From assembly GCA_016218805.1 (NCBI GenBank), contig JACRCW010000085.1:1-64000 (forward strand): a stretch of 64,000 bases of DNA. Reading direction: 5' to 3'. Positions 1 through 9,501 of the stretch are shown piece after piece. A program made the translations under genes and the position numbers. The first letter of the stretch is position 1. Every line of letters starts with the position of its first letter. Under the pieces are notes generated by a model. It did not search any database and was not told where the DNA came from. It saw only the letters and a list, made by a program, of their open reading frames with translations. Source of the DNA: Deltaproteobacteria bacterium (GTDB taxonomy: Bacteria; Myxococcota; JACRCW01).

Positions 1-996
1 CCTCCGCCAAATTCCACCCGTTTCAGCACTCCACCCTGGACACCCAACAGCTTCAGCCATATGTGCGCGTCCGCGTCCGTTCCGTGGCCTGTGTGATCGT
101 CGACAAACACCACGGTGGCATTGGAACGGATGCTGTCGCCCTCCCTCCGGGACCCACTTTCATGTCAGGAGAGCCGGAAATGGGAGGCCGTGCAGTTGGC
201 GCCCGGCACCACCTTGGTGTCATTCCTGGCGGGCGGACAGGTTGGGGATGTCCATCCGGCCGCCTCCCAACTGGTGTCGCTGTTCAACGGCATGCGTTCG
301 CACGTGGGCTGGGAGGTCATGCCTTCCTGGGTGGGCCTCACGGCGCAGCGGCCACAGGGGCTGCGGGTGGCTGAGCGGTTGATGCCTGCCCGAGACGGGT
401 TGTCACTGCTTGGGTTGAACCTGGTTTCCGTGGTGCAGGAACTCAACAACTCAAAGCAACGGAATCCGTTCCTCGCCTTGGTTGGGGCTGGCTTGGAGTT
501 GGATGTGGAGGGAATCAACGTGAAGGCGGCCGGTGACGGGGTCACCGCGGGGTTGTTCCTGCGTCTTGCGGCGCTGGAGAGAGAAATCCCAAGCGCGGAC
601 CTCTCAACGGGGCAACTTGCCTGGCTGTGTTGGGCGGCTCTGCTGTCCATGCGCGCTGGCCACACACTGGTGACATTGGACCAGCCGGAGGACAACCTGC
701 ACTTTGCGCTCATCCGGACCCTGGTCAATCAACTCTGTGACTTCAGTCGGCACACCCCCGTGGTGGTTGCCACCCATTCCAATGATTTCCTGGACGCGTT
801 GCCGGACCCCGCCTCGCAGCTTCTGCTGTTCCGCCTGGGCGGGGACATGAAGGCACTGGTGACACGGCCTTCAAAGAAGGAGCTTGCTGCGTGGATGGAG
901 CAGGAAGGCCAGAGGGCGGGGTCCCTGCGGCGTGGGGGGGTCTTGGACGCCCTTGCTGTCCCGGCCACGCCCCGGCGAGGCAAGAGCAGAACATGA
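1..996 (+). CDS. AAA_21/ABC-type ATPase, probably 5'-truncated by the window edge
   Basis: Signature-like LSTGQ, Walker B/D-loop LVTLDQPEDNLH and H-loop VVVATHS. No Walker A is visible in the 293-aa ORF (115..996), so the start probably lies upstream. Confidence 0.75.
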
Positions 997-1578
997 AGCT
1001 GGTTACCATCCTTTACGAGGATCAGCTTGTGAAGGGCGGTGCGCCCAAGGGCTACGGGCCCCACGCGCTCATTCGCGCCCTGGCGGAGGACGCATTGGGC
1101 AAGCGCCCCTTTGCACTCAACGCCAACTTGAGGCCGATGCCTCTTCATGGAAACGAACCCGTGATGGAGAGGCTCGGGCAGTTTGTCCAAAACGGTCCAT
1201 CCACATCCGCTGCTGGCAACGCTGGATGATGACCGTGGACTTGTGGACCTGTTCCGGAAACACAAACTGGCCCCGGGGTCATGCCGGAGGACCAAGCGCC
1301 AGGCGCTGTTGAAGTGGAAACTGGCGCCCGCATCAACTTCGCTGGTGTTCATTCGCAGGAACTTGGAGACCGTGGTGCAGGACCTCAAAGTCATCAACCC
1401 GGCACTGGTTGACAATACCGGGTGGGAACGGGCCCTCAACAAGGAACTTGTGCAGAGAGATGAAGTGTTCCAGGCGGCGGCCACTGAAGTGCAGAGGGAC
1501 CTCCGCGGCCGGCTCCTGAAGAAGAACAGCTCACTGAAATACCTGGTAGACCAGGTTCGGAACTTGCTCGGACCGTGA
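993..1578 (+). pseudogene. ATPase-partner protein (TOPRIM/DUF4276-like), split by a frameshift near 1195-1205
   Basis: ATG at 993 overlaps the ATPase stop (ATGA). Frame 1 MKLVTILYEDQ...QNGP stops at 1229. A second frame continues HPLLATLDDDR...NLLGP to 1578. An N-terminal hydrophobic strand + E and a later DxD resemble TOPRIM. Confidence 0.55.
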
Positions 1579-1694
1579 CCTGTCGTTGCTCGCCACCTGC
1601 CCTTTCATGCACGGGCCTTCTTTGCGCGGGCGTGACCCAAACGGTCGGTGGTGGGCTTCTTCTTGGGGTGGAACGCGCCGCCCGCGTGTGCTCG

Positions 1695-2591
1695 TCAGCG
1701 CGGAATCTGCTTCTGGTTGCGCCACTCCATGATGCGGTCGCGCGTCATGCGGCAGTACGCATCATCCCGCTCAATGCCCACCCAATGGCGCCGGTGGATC
1801 TCTGACGCCAGCGCGGTGGTACCGCTGCCCATGAAGCAGTCCAGCACGCGGTCACTTTCGTGCGTGCCGGCCAGGACCAGCCGTTCCAGCAACCGCAGCG
1901 GCTTCTGCGAAGGGTGCTTGCCGTGGCCGCGCTCGCGCGGCGGGGTCAGCGGAATCTCCCAGAAGTTCCGCATCTGCTTGCCGCCGTTCATCTCCTTCAT
2001 GTCGTGGTAGTTGAACGTCCAGTTCTTGGCCTTGTCTTCACGGTTGTTGCACAGCCAGAGGATCTGTTCCGTGCTCTCCGTGAACATGCGGCAGGTGATG
2101 TTGGGCTGTGCATTGGGTTTGGCCCAGATGATGGAGTTCACAATGCGCAGCTTCATCTGCCGGGCAATGGCCCCAATGGTGTAGATGTTGTGGTAGCTGC
2201 CAAAGATGAAGATGTTGCCGTTCTCGCGCGTGACGCGGCACACCTCGGTGAGCCACGCGCGGGTGAACGCCTCGTACTCGTCCTGGGTGAAGCGGTCCCA
2301 GGATTCGTCCAGCGTGACGTGGCTGGAGAACGCCCAGGCCAGGCCCTTGCGGTTGGCCGCCACGTTGTACGGCGGGTCGGTGATGGTGGCGTGGAACAGC
2401 CGGTCCTCCCAGCTGCGCATCATCCCAATCGAATCCCCCTGGTAGACATGGTTCATCGCGGGGATGACCTTGTGCGCCCCCTGGGGGGCGTCCGCCGCGG
2501 GCGCGGGGCGGTCACCGCCCGGGATGAGCGTGCGGTTGGGATCGGCAAACACGGGTGCATCCACGCGCAGCGCGCGAGCATTCGCGGACAT
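1695..2591 (-). CDS. Site-specific DNA amino-methyltransferase, beta class (DpnA/CcrM-like)
   Basis: DPPY catalytic motif precedes GSYHNI, HPSQKP and the SAM-binding motif VLDCFMGSGTT. Confidence 0.92.
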   Translation of the reverse strand: MSANARALRVDAPVFADPNRTLIPGGDRPAPAADAPQGAHKVIPAMNHVYQGDSIGMMRSWEDRLFHATITDPPYNVAANRKGLAWAFSSHVTLDESWDRFTQDEYEAFTRAWLTEVCRVTRENGNIFIFGSYHNIYTIGAIARQMKLRIVNSIIWAKPNAQPNITCRMFTESTEQILWLCNNREDKAKNWTFNYHDMKEMNGGKQMRNFWEIPLTPPRERGHGKHPSQKPLRLLERLVLAGTHESDRVLDCFMGSGTTALASEIHRRHWVGIERDDAYCRMTRDRIMEWRNQKQIPR

Positions 2592-2690
2592 GTCTTCTCC
2601 GTCGGGGTTGCCAGGCTCAGCCGACGGGCCACGCGGGCCCACCGACTGGGGCCACGTTAAAGGCACCCGCAGCGGGACACAAAATTTTGG

Positions 2691-3839
2691 TCACCCGCTG
2701 GAGCCGGGCGGAACCTGCAGGAGGCGGATGGCGGCGGGGCGCGCGCGGCGGCCCCACGGCCCCGGGGCATCCACCTCCACCACGGCCCGCCACGCCCCGG
2801 GCAGCGCGGGCGCGGTGACGGTCGCCTCCAGCCCGTCGGACAGGCTGGTGCGCGCCTGCTCGCGTCCACCGTGCACCAGGCGCAGCACCGCGGGCCCGGC
2901 TTGGCCGCGGATGCGCGCGCGCGCCGTGATGCGGCCCTCCGCGTGCTCCACCGCCACGCCGTCCACCATCCCGGCCAGCGCGTTGACGCACGTGGCGCTG
3001 CCCAGCGCGGCGCGCAACTGGGCCGCCGCCGCGGCGGCGTCTTGGGCCAGCGGCGCCTCCAGGCCCACCACCGCCAGGAACGCCAACACGTTCTGGCGCA
3101 CCGGGAGCAGGCCGTGCAGGTCAGCGCCGCACCACGCGCCCAGCGGCTGCACCTGGGACCACGCCTCCCACAGGACCACCGCCGGCTCCTCAAACGCGCC
3201 CACGTCCCACAGCCCCGCGGAAGGCGCCAGCAGCACCTCCGCGGTGAACACGCCCAACTCCAGGAACGGCGCCGCCACCAGGTCCCCCACGGCGGCCATG
3301 GAGCCGTGGATCTCCAGGCCATCCACGCCGGCCAGGGCCGGGCGCCACGGCCGCCGCCACGCCGTGGGGTGCGAGGCCACGCACGGCCCGCCGCGCCGCC
3401 GGCAGTCCGCCCGGGCGGCCTGGACCACCGGGAAGGGGCCGCGCCCCGGCGTGGCGGAGAGGTCCAGCAGGTGCGCGTTGTCCGTGGACCACTCCGTGCC
3501 GCCCACCAGCAGCACGCCGTCCTGCCAGCGCGCGCGCACGTCCCCCAGCGGCTGCGGCGTGTCATGGTCCGTGACCACCAGGAACCCCAGCCCCGCGGCC
3601 CGCGCCTCCGCCACCGCATCCACCAGGTGCAGGCGCGAATCACTGGAGCCCTCCACGTGCACGTGCACGGCGCCCGCGTAGGTGTTGCGGCCCAGCGGTC
3701 CATCAAACGGGGTCCCGCGCTCCGCCGGCCGGCCGGCGGGTCCGGCAGCCCCGTAACCGCGCGGCCAGGCCACGTAACCCGCCGCCGCCGCGGCAACCGC
3801 CAGCAGCGCCAGCAGACTCTTCACCAGGCGGCGCCGCAC
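2691..3839 (-). CDS. Exported PHP-domain metallohydrolase
   Basis: N-terminal signal/TM helix, HVH, VTDHD, SHP and GADLH metal motifs. Confidence 0.7.
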   Translation of the reverse strand: MRRRLVKSLLALLAVAAAAAGYVAWPRGYGAAGPAGRPAERGTPFDGPLGRNTYAGAVHVHVEGSSDSRLHLVDAVAEARAAGLGFLVVTDHDTPQPLGDVRARWQDGVLLVGGTEWSTDNAHLLDLSATPGRGPFPVVQAARADCRRRGGPCVASHPTAWRRPWRPALAGVDGLEIHGSMAAVGDLVAAPFLELGVFTAEVLLAPSAGLWDVGAFEEPAVVLWEAWSQVQPLGAWCGADLHGLLPVRQNVLAFLAVVGLEAPLAQDAAAAAAQLRAALGSATCVNALAGMVDGVAVEHAEGRITARARIRGQAGPAVLRLVHGGREQARTSLSDGLEATVTAPALPGAWRAVVEVDAPGPWGRRARPAAIRLLQVPPGSSG

Positions 3840-3846
3840 GGGCGCC

Positions 3847-4239
3847 TCAGCCGCGCCCGCGCGTGATGGTGACGCCCACGGCGGCGGGGATGCCGGGCAC
3901 CGCCACGCCCAGCTTGCGCACGGTCACGGTCACCCGGAGGGCGGGGGTCTCCTTGAGGATGCGCCGGGCAATGTGGTCCGCCAGCGTCTCCAGCAGCTTG
4001 AAGGACCGGCGCGTGCCCAGCGTGGTGATGATCTCCGCCAGCGTGGAGTAGTCCGCGGTGTGCTTCACGTCGTCAGTGCGGCACGCCAGGCGGGTGTCCA
4101 GTTCCAGCACCACGTCCGCGCGGCACCGGTGCCCCACCTTGCGCTCGCGGCCGCTGACCCCGTGGCGTCCCAGGAACTCCACGCCCTCCACAAACACCCG
4201 GTCCGGCACGCTCACCGTCTCCATCACTGGCTTTGTCAC
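3847..4239 (-). CDS. folB: Dihydroneopterin aldolase
   Basis: 130 aa with GRHGV..ER, TADYS, FKLLETLA and VTVRK motifs. Confidence 0.9.
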   Translation of the reverse strand: MTKPVMETVSVPDRVFVEGVEFLGRHGVSGRERKVGHRCRADVVLELDTRLACRTDDVKHTADYSTLAEIITTLGTRRSFKLLETLADHIARRILKETPALRVTVTVRKLGVAVPGIPAAVGVTITRGRG

Positions 4240-4242
4240 AGG

Positions 4243-7200
4243 TCACCTGCCGATGAGGCGGCGCATGAATCCGCCTCCCCCGCCTTCGGGGTCCTTGGGC
4301 TGCGCGCGCGCCACCCGCGCCCGCCCCTTTGCCGTGGTGTTGTCCAGCGCGAACAACCGTTCGTAGCGGAAGGTGGCATCACGGACCGGGTGCGCCTCCA
4401 CGCGCAGCACGGCGTCCGCGTCCACCTCCAGCTCCACCAGCCACTCGTCGCCGTGGGCCTTTTCGCGCGGCTTGAACGCCAGCTTCCCCAGGTGGTGCCC
4501 ATCCGCGGAGCGCTCAGAGCTGCTCTCGTGCAGGTCCATCTCCAGCATCCCGGTGACGCGCGCGCCGGGGACCCCCTTCTGCCACCGGGCCGGCAGCGCC
4601 GTGGCCGCCGGGATGAGGACGCGCACCCGCCCGCCGGGCAGGCCAATGCCAATGCCCATCACCAGCGCCGCCGGGCCCGGGTGCGCGGCGGGCCGGGCCG
4701 GGGCCGGTGCGGGCGCCTGGGCCTCCGTGGCCTCGTCCAGGTCCGGCCGCATGCTGATGGCGGTCACCTCGGCGCTGGCGGCGGGCGCGGGCGGCACGGG
4801 CGCCGGCGGCGGCGCATCCGCAAAGACGTCGGGGCGGTCGGAAATCGCCGTCACCTCCGCGCCTGCGTCAAACGCCGCGGGGTCCACGGCGGCGCGCCGT
4901 CCGGTCCCTTCGTCCTGGAACGCGCTGTCCTCGGCGGCCAGCGCCTGCATGCCGTCCTGGAGCGCGGAGACCGCGCGTTCCGCCGTGGCCGGCGGCGGGC
5001 GCAACGCAGTGAGTGATGCGCCATCCCCCTCAGCCAGCGGCACCGCCGGCACCTGCGGCGCCCACACAAACGAGGTGGACCACGCGTCCTCCGGCGGCGC
5101 GGCGGCGGCCGGCGGGGCGGGCGATGGCGCCGGGGGCTCCGCGGCGGCGGGCACCGCGCACAGCTCGGTGGGGCCGTCGTCCGTCTCGCCCGTGAGCAGG
5201 TGCTCCGGCACGGCGGGCATGCCGTGGTCGGTCGTGGGCTCGTCCACGGGAGGCGGCAGGGGTGCGGGTTCGGGTTCCGGAGGTGGCGCGGCCACGACGG
5301 GCAACGCGGCCGGCTCCGGCTCCGGCTCCGGCTCCGGGGGCGGCGGGAGGGAGGGCGTTTCCGCCGCAGCCACCGCCGGCGCGGCGGGTTGGGCGTGCGT
5401 GGCGTCCTCAAGGTGCCCCAGCCCCTCGGCGTCCACCGGTTCCGCAATCTGGACACCCTCCGGCCGCGCGGCGTCCTCCGCCGGTGGCGCGGGTGCCTCC
5501 GGCGCGGGCGGAGGTTGGGACTCGGCCACCGGCGGCGGGGGTTCCGCCTGCGGCGGCGCGGGCGGGGACGGCGCGGGTGCGTCCTCCAACGCGGGAGGCG
5601 GCGCGGGTGGCTCCTCCGCCGCCTGCACGGGCGCGGCCGCCGGCGCTTCCTCCAGGGGTGCGGGCGGCTGCGCGGGTGACGCGAACACCCCGCCGTCATC
5701 CACCGGCTCCGTGATGGCAGCGGGCGGCGCGGCGGGCGGCGGCGCCGGGGAGAACACGTCCTCCGGCGGCGCGGACGCCACGGCTGGCGGTTCCGGCGCG
5801 GGTGCGGGCGGTGGCGGTGGCGGGCTGACCTCCGCGGGGGGCGGCGTGGCCGGCGCAAACACCTCCTCCTCACCCGCTGCGGCCGCGGCCGGCGGCGCGG
5901 ACGCAAACACGTCCTCCTCGGGAACCGCCGCCAAGGGCATCGGCATCGGCGGCGGCGAGGGCGACGAGCCCCCCCACGGATTGTCCGCCCCGGCCTTGGG
6001 GACCTCCGCGGTGGCGCGCCGCAGCGGCGGCGGGCCCAGCGTGGCACGCGGGGGCCCGTCCACCGGCGGCGGGGCCGCGGCGGGCTCCTCAACCATCGGC
6101 ACCGGCAGCTCGCGGCGGGTGCGCGCCCCGGCGGGCCAGAAGACCTGTTCCAGTGCCATGGGCGCGTCCGCGCCCGCCTTGGGGTCGTAACCCATGGTGA
6201 ACTGCCACCCGACAGGCCGGCGCTCTGCCCCGGCGGCCACCACGTGCGCCGTCCATGCGGCGTGCGCGCCGGACAGGAACCGGGACCACGCCTCGGTGGG
6301 CGCCGTCTGTGACGCCGTCAGCAGGGGCACCACGCCGGGCTGGGTCGCGTCATCGCCAAACAGCGCCGGCGGCAACCCCGGCATGGGCATGGGCGGCGGG
6401 GCCTCGGCAGGCGGCGGCTCGCGCGCGGGCGCCGCAGGCCGGCTGGGCACGGCGGGCGGGGGTGGCGCGGCCCGGGCGGGCAGCGGGTGGTCCACGTCCG
6501 TGGCCCCCCAGGCCAGGGGCGGCTCGGGGGGTTGCGCAACCGGGGGCGGCTGGGGCGCGGGCGGCTCCGGGGCAACCTCGGGTGTCACGGTGGGTGCCGG
6601 CGCCGGGGCGGACAGCGCCGCCAGCGCGGGCGCGTCCTCCACCAGATCGGCTTCCGCATCGGACAGCAGGTCGGGCTCGGCCGGGGCGGCGGGCTCCGGA
6701 GCGGGCGGGGGGAGGACCGCGGGGGGAACGGGGGCGGGCGGGGGCACGCGCGCCACAACCGGCGCGGGCGGCGGGGGCGGCGTCCGGGGTGGCTCAACGG
6801 CGGGCGCCGGCGGCGGCGTGCGCCGGGGAGCGGGGTCAGGGGACGGCGCGGCGCGCAGCGGTGGCGGGGGGACCGGGCCGGGACCGGACCGCAACGGCGG
6901 GGGCTTGGGCAGGTCCGGCGTGGCCATGATGTGGCGCCAGTCGCGTTCGGGTGCCGTGCCCAGCGTCCCGGCGGACAGCGCGCGGAACTCCACGCGCCCG
7001 GCGCGCTCGCCCGCGTCCGGCTCCCGAGGCGGGGACAGCGGAGGCGTCACCGTGGCATCCCGCCCGGTCTGCCGCAGCGCATCCACCAGCGCGCCCGCCG
7101 TGCGCTCAGCCAGCGGTGGCGGCGCCAGGATCGCCGGCGCGGTTTCCTCGTCGTCACCCGTCAGGATGGAGCGGAAGGCGTCATCCAGGTCACGGTGGAG

Positions 7201-7644
7201 CGCGTCCACCCCGCCGGCGGCCCGCGCCCCCGTGGCGGACAGCGCGGCCACCGCCTCAGGGAACCGCGCCTTGAACCCCTCCCACGCCACCATCCCCGGC
7301 GGCTGGGCCAGCGCACCCTCGCCGCGCGCCGCCAGAATCGCCTGCAGGCGGCGGCCGCTGATCTCGTCCGTCCCGCTGGCCTGCAATCCCATCCCCGCCG
7401 TCCGCCCGCGAGGCACCAACTCCGGGCCCACTGACCACAGCACCGGGCCCTGCACCACCAGCGCGGGGAAGCCGTCACGCAGGCGCAGCTCCAGGCGCAC
7501 GCGCGTCCCCACCGGGCGCACCTGCCTGGTGCGGAAGAACACCGTCTCGCGCCCCACGCACGGCGCAAACCCCGCCTCAAACTCCTCCATCGACGCGTAC
7601 TTGAGCGTCACAACCAGATCGATGGGCTCTTTTGCGGCGGCCAT
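4243..7644 (-). CDS. TIGR02266/PilZ-like N-domain, very long Pro/Ala-rich linker and C-terminal Hsp70 substrate-binding-like domain (~1133 aa)
   Basis: N-term LKYASMEEF...FFRT...PVGTRVRLEL...GMGL. C-term GIGLPGGRVRVLIP...HLGKLAF...EVDADAVLRVEA parallels the DnaK SBD. Start placed at ATG 7644 because the upstream extension runs through repeat DNA. Confidence 0.7.
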   Translation of the reverse strand: MAAAKEPIDLVVTLKYASMEEFEAGFAPCVGRETVFFRTRQVRPVGTRVRLELRLRDGFPALVVQGPVLWSVGPELVPRGRTAGMGLQASGTDEISGRRLQAILAARGEGALAQPPGMVAWEGFKARFPEAVAALSATGARAAGGVDALHRDLDDAFRSILTGDDEETAPAILAPPPLAERTAGALVDALRQTGRDATVTPPLSPPREPDAGERAGRVEFRALSAGTLGTAPERDWRHIMATPDLPKPPPLRSGPGPVPPPPLRAAPSPDPAPRRTPPPAPAVEPPRTPPPPPAPVVARVPPPAPVPPAVLPPPAPEPAAPAEPDLLSDAEADLVEDAPALAALSAPAPAPTVTPEVAPEPPAPQPPPVAQPPEPPLAWGATDVDHPLPARAAPPPPAVPSRPAAPAREPPPAEAPPPMPMPGLPPALFGDDATQPGVVPLLTASQTAPTEAWSRFLSGAHAAWTAHVVAAGAERRPVGWQFTMGYDPKAGADAPMALEQVFWPAGARTRRELPVPMVEEPAAAPPPVDGPPRATLGPPPLRRATAEVPKAGADNPWGGSSPSPPPMPMPLAAVPEEDVFASAPPAAAAAGEEEVFAPATPPPAEVSPPPPPPAPAPEPPAVASAPPEDVFSPAPPPAAPPAAITEPVDDGGVFASPAQPPAPLEEAPAAAPVQAAEEPPAPPPALEDAPAPSPPAPPQAEPPPPVAESQPPPAPEAPAPPAEDAARPEGVQIAEPVDAEGLGHLEDATHAQPAAPAVAAAETPSLPPPPEPEPEPEPAALPVVAAPPPEPEPAPLPPPVDEPTTDHGMPAVPEHLLTGETDDGPTELCAVPAAAEPPAPSPAPPAAAAPPEDAWSTSFVWAPQVPAVPLAEGDGASLTALRPPPATAERAVSALQDGMQALAAEDSAFQDEGTGRRAAVDPAAFDAGAEVTAISDRPDVFADAPPPAPVPPAPAASAEVTAISMRPDLDEATEAQAPAPAPARPAAHPGPAALVMGIGIGLPGGRVRVLIPAATALPARWQKGVPGARVTGMLEMDLHESSSERSADGHHLGKLAFKPREKAHGDEWLVELEVDADAVLRVEAHPVRDATFRYERLFALDNTTAKGRARVARAQPKDPEGGGGGFMRRLIGR

Positions 7645-7769
7645 GGCTTGTTCAATCCCCCGGAACAGGGAGGCGGGGGAGTCTAGGCCCAAGATGGGGC
7701 CCATTGGCCAGCCCCCGGCGGGCCCGGACCGGGATTGTCCGCCGAGCGCTGGATGGAGGAGCGGTGGGA

Positions 7770-8095
7770 ACCCGCTTTGAAGGGTCCGGGTGCACCATTT
7801 GGGGATCCTGAGACCGTCCTGCCGGGGTCTCAGACCGCCTTGGGGGGGGTGGTTGACACCCCCCTTGAAGGGGTCCAAGTGCGCCATTTTGGATCAGGAC
7901 ACCCCCGCTCCGGGGGTCGCAGACCGCCTTGGGGGGGGTGTCGACACCCCCCTTGAAGGGGTCCAAGTGCGCCATTTTGGATCAGGACACCCCCGCTCCG
8001 GGGGTTGCAGACCGCCCTTGTGGGGGGTATCGACACCCCCTTGAAGGGGTCCAAGTGCGCCATTTTGGATCAGGACACCCCCCTCCGGGGGGTCC
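7770..8095. repeat. 88-bp tandem repeat, about 3.7 copies (first copy degenerate)
   Basis: TTGAAGGG core recurs at 7777, 7865, 7953 and 8041. Each unit contains several inverted repeats. Confidence 0.95.
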
Positions 8096-8118
8096 AACGC
8101 CCGCCAGTAGGGGCTCCG

Positions 8119-9468
8119 TCAGAGGAAACGCAGCTTGCCCCGCCGGGGGCCCGTTTCGCTGCCTGCCGCCTTCCCGGCGGTCCTGCTCATTTTGTGAACA
8201 ACGGCGCGCCCCTTGGCGGTCACCACCCACCCGGCGGTGCCTTTCCTGACCAGCCAACCCGCGTCCCGGGCGGCGTCTGACAGGCGGTACAGCCTTGGGG
8301 GCTTGAGCGGCTTCCCCACTCCGGCCCGTCTGGCCAGCTCTGCCAGCCCGGAGATCTGGAACGGAGAAACGCCCATTTCGTCCGTGGAAAACACGCCAAG
8401 GCACAGCAAGCGGCGGACATCATCAGCCGGCGCATGCGCGGACATGAAGGACCGCAACTTTCCAAGCCCGGCCGGGCCGGACGGCGCCGCCGCAGCGCCC
8501 TCCTCACCGGCGGACGAGGAAAGGGGTTGCTGCGTCAGGCTCGCCGGGATGGGGGCAGGAGGGCGGCGCGTGTAGAAGTGCGCCGCTGCCCACACCAGCG
8601 CGCGTTCACGCTCAGCCTCGGTGAGCGGCTGCAGGGTTGCGTAGATGGTGTGCATGGCGGCCAGTTCTGGCGGCAGCGCCACCGTCCCTTGCGCGCGGAC
8701 CGGCCGGGGCGCGGCCGGCGGCGGAGTGTCCATGGCTGATTCCGGGCGCGGCCTGCGGGTGTTGTCCTTCCAGATCCGCCGCGTGCCATCCCTGGTCACA
8801 ACCAGCAACCCCTTGTCCGCCAACCGACGCAGGAACCCATGGAGTACCCCGTCGGCCAGCGCCACGCGGTGTTCGTTGCGCACTTCCTTGCCAAAAGCCT
8901 GCAACAGCCCCGGCATCCGGCCGTTGGACGCATCCAGGGCGCGCAGTGCGGCACCGTGCACAATCTCAGGCGTGTCTGCCACCTTCCGCGCAAACGCCTT
9001 GGGGTCGGGTTGGGCCGGGCCGGGGGCCTCCGGGGTGACCTGGGAATGCGGGGCCTTTGCTTCAGCTTGCCGCCACACGTGCGTGCGCCCGTCCAGCTTG
9101 TGGCGCAGGTGGCCCGCCTCGGTCAGCAGGTCCAGGAGGCGGCCAAGGGCATGCGGACTTGGTTCCACGCCATGTCTCTTCTTCACCTCCTTGCCAAAGG
9201 CGCTGATCATCTCAGGGCCACGGCCGCCCGTTTCCCGGATGGCGTGCAGCGCCTCTTGCAGGACCAGGGTGGGTTCCTTCTTCACCCGGCTCCTGAACAC
9301 CATTGAGGCCCTCGCCAGGCGAACCTCCGTGTCACTGCGCTTGCGGCCCTTCTCAAAGCGGAATGGCCGGGCGGGCGGCTCTGCGGCCGCCGGAGTCTGG
9401 ACGGGCGCTTGCGCTGCGCCGGGATCGGGGGTGGGTGTGGGTTCCAGCGTTTGCAGTGTCACGCTCAC
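8119..9468 (-). CDS. Hypothetical protein with a duplicated winged-helix-like domain
   Basis: Two internal repeats (AFGKEV..H......L...L..L...G.L....DG....W) and a C-terminal wHTH-like ending (AGWLVRKGTAGWVVTAKG). Confidence 0.6.
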   Translation of the reverse strand: MSVTLQTLEPTPTPDPGAAQAPVQTPAAAEPPARPFRFEKGRKRSDTEVRLARASMVFRSRVKKEPTLVLQEALHAIRETGGRGPEMISAFGKEVKKRHGVEPSPHALGRLLDLLTEAGHLRHKLDGRTHVWRQAEAKAPHSQVTPEAPGPAQPDPKAFARKVADTPEIVHGAALRALDASNGRMPGLLQAFGKEVRNEHRVALADGVLHGFLRRLADKGLLVVTRDGTRRIWKDNTRRPRPESAMDTPPPAAPRPVRAQGTVALPPELAAMHTIYATLQPLTEAERERALVWAAAHFYTRRPPAPIPASLTQQPLSSSAGEEGAAAAPSGPAGLGKLRSFMSAHAPADDVRRLLCLGVFSTDEMGVSPFQISGLAELARRAGVGKPLKPPRLYRLSDAARDAGWLVRKGTAGWVVTAKGRAVVHKMSRTAGKAAGSETGPRRGKLRFL

Positions 9469-9501
9469 GTGTGACCTCGTTTGGTGGGCTGGCCGGCAGG
9501 G

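Noticed and set aside
670..702. Walker B Glu-to-Gln as a sign of a dead ATPase
   Set aside because: DQPED is a recurrent natural variant in this ATPase group.
7770..8095. CRISPR array
   Set aside because: Whole 88-bp units repeat with no unique spacers, and no cas genes are present in the window.
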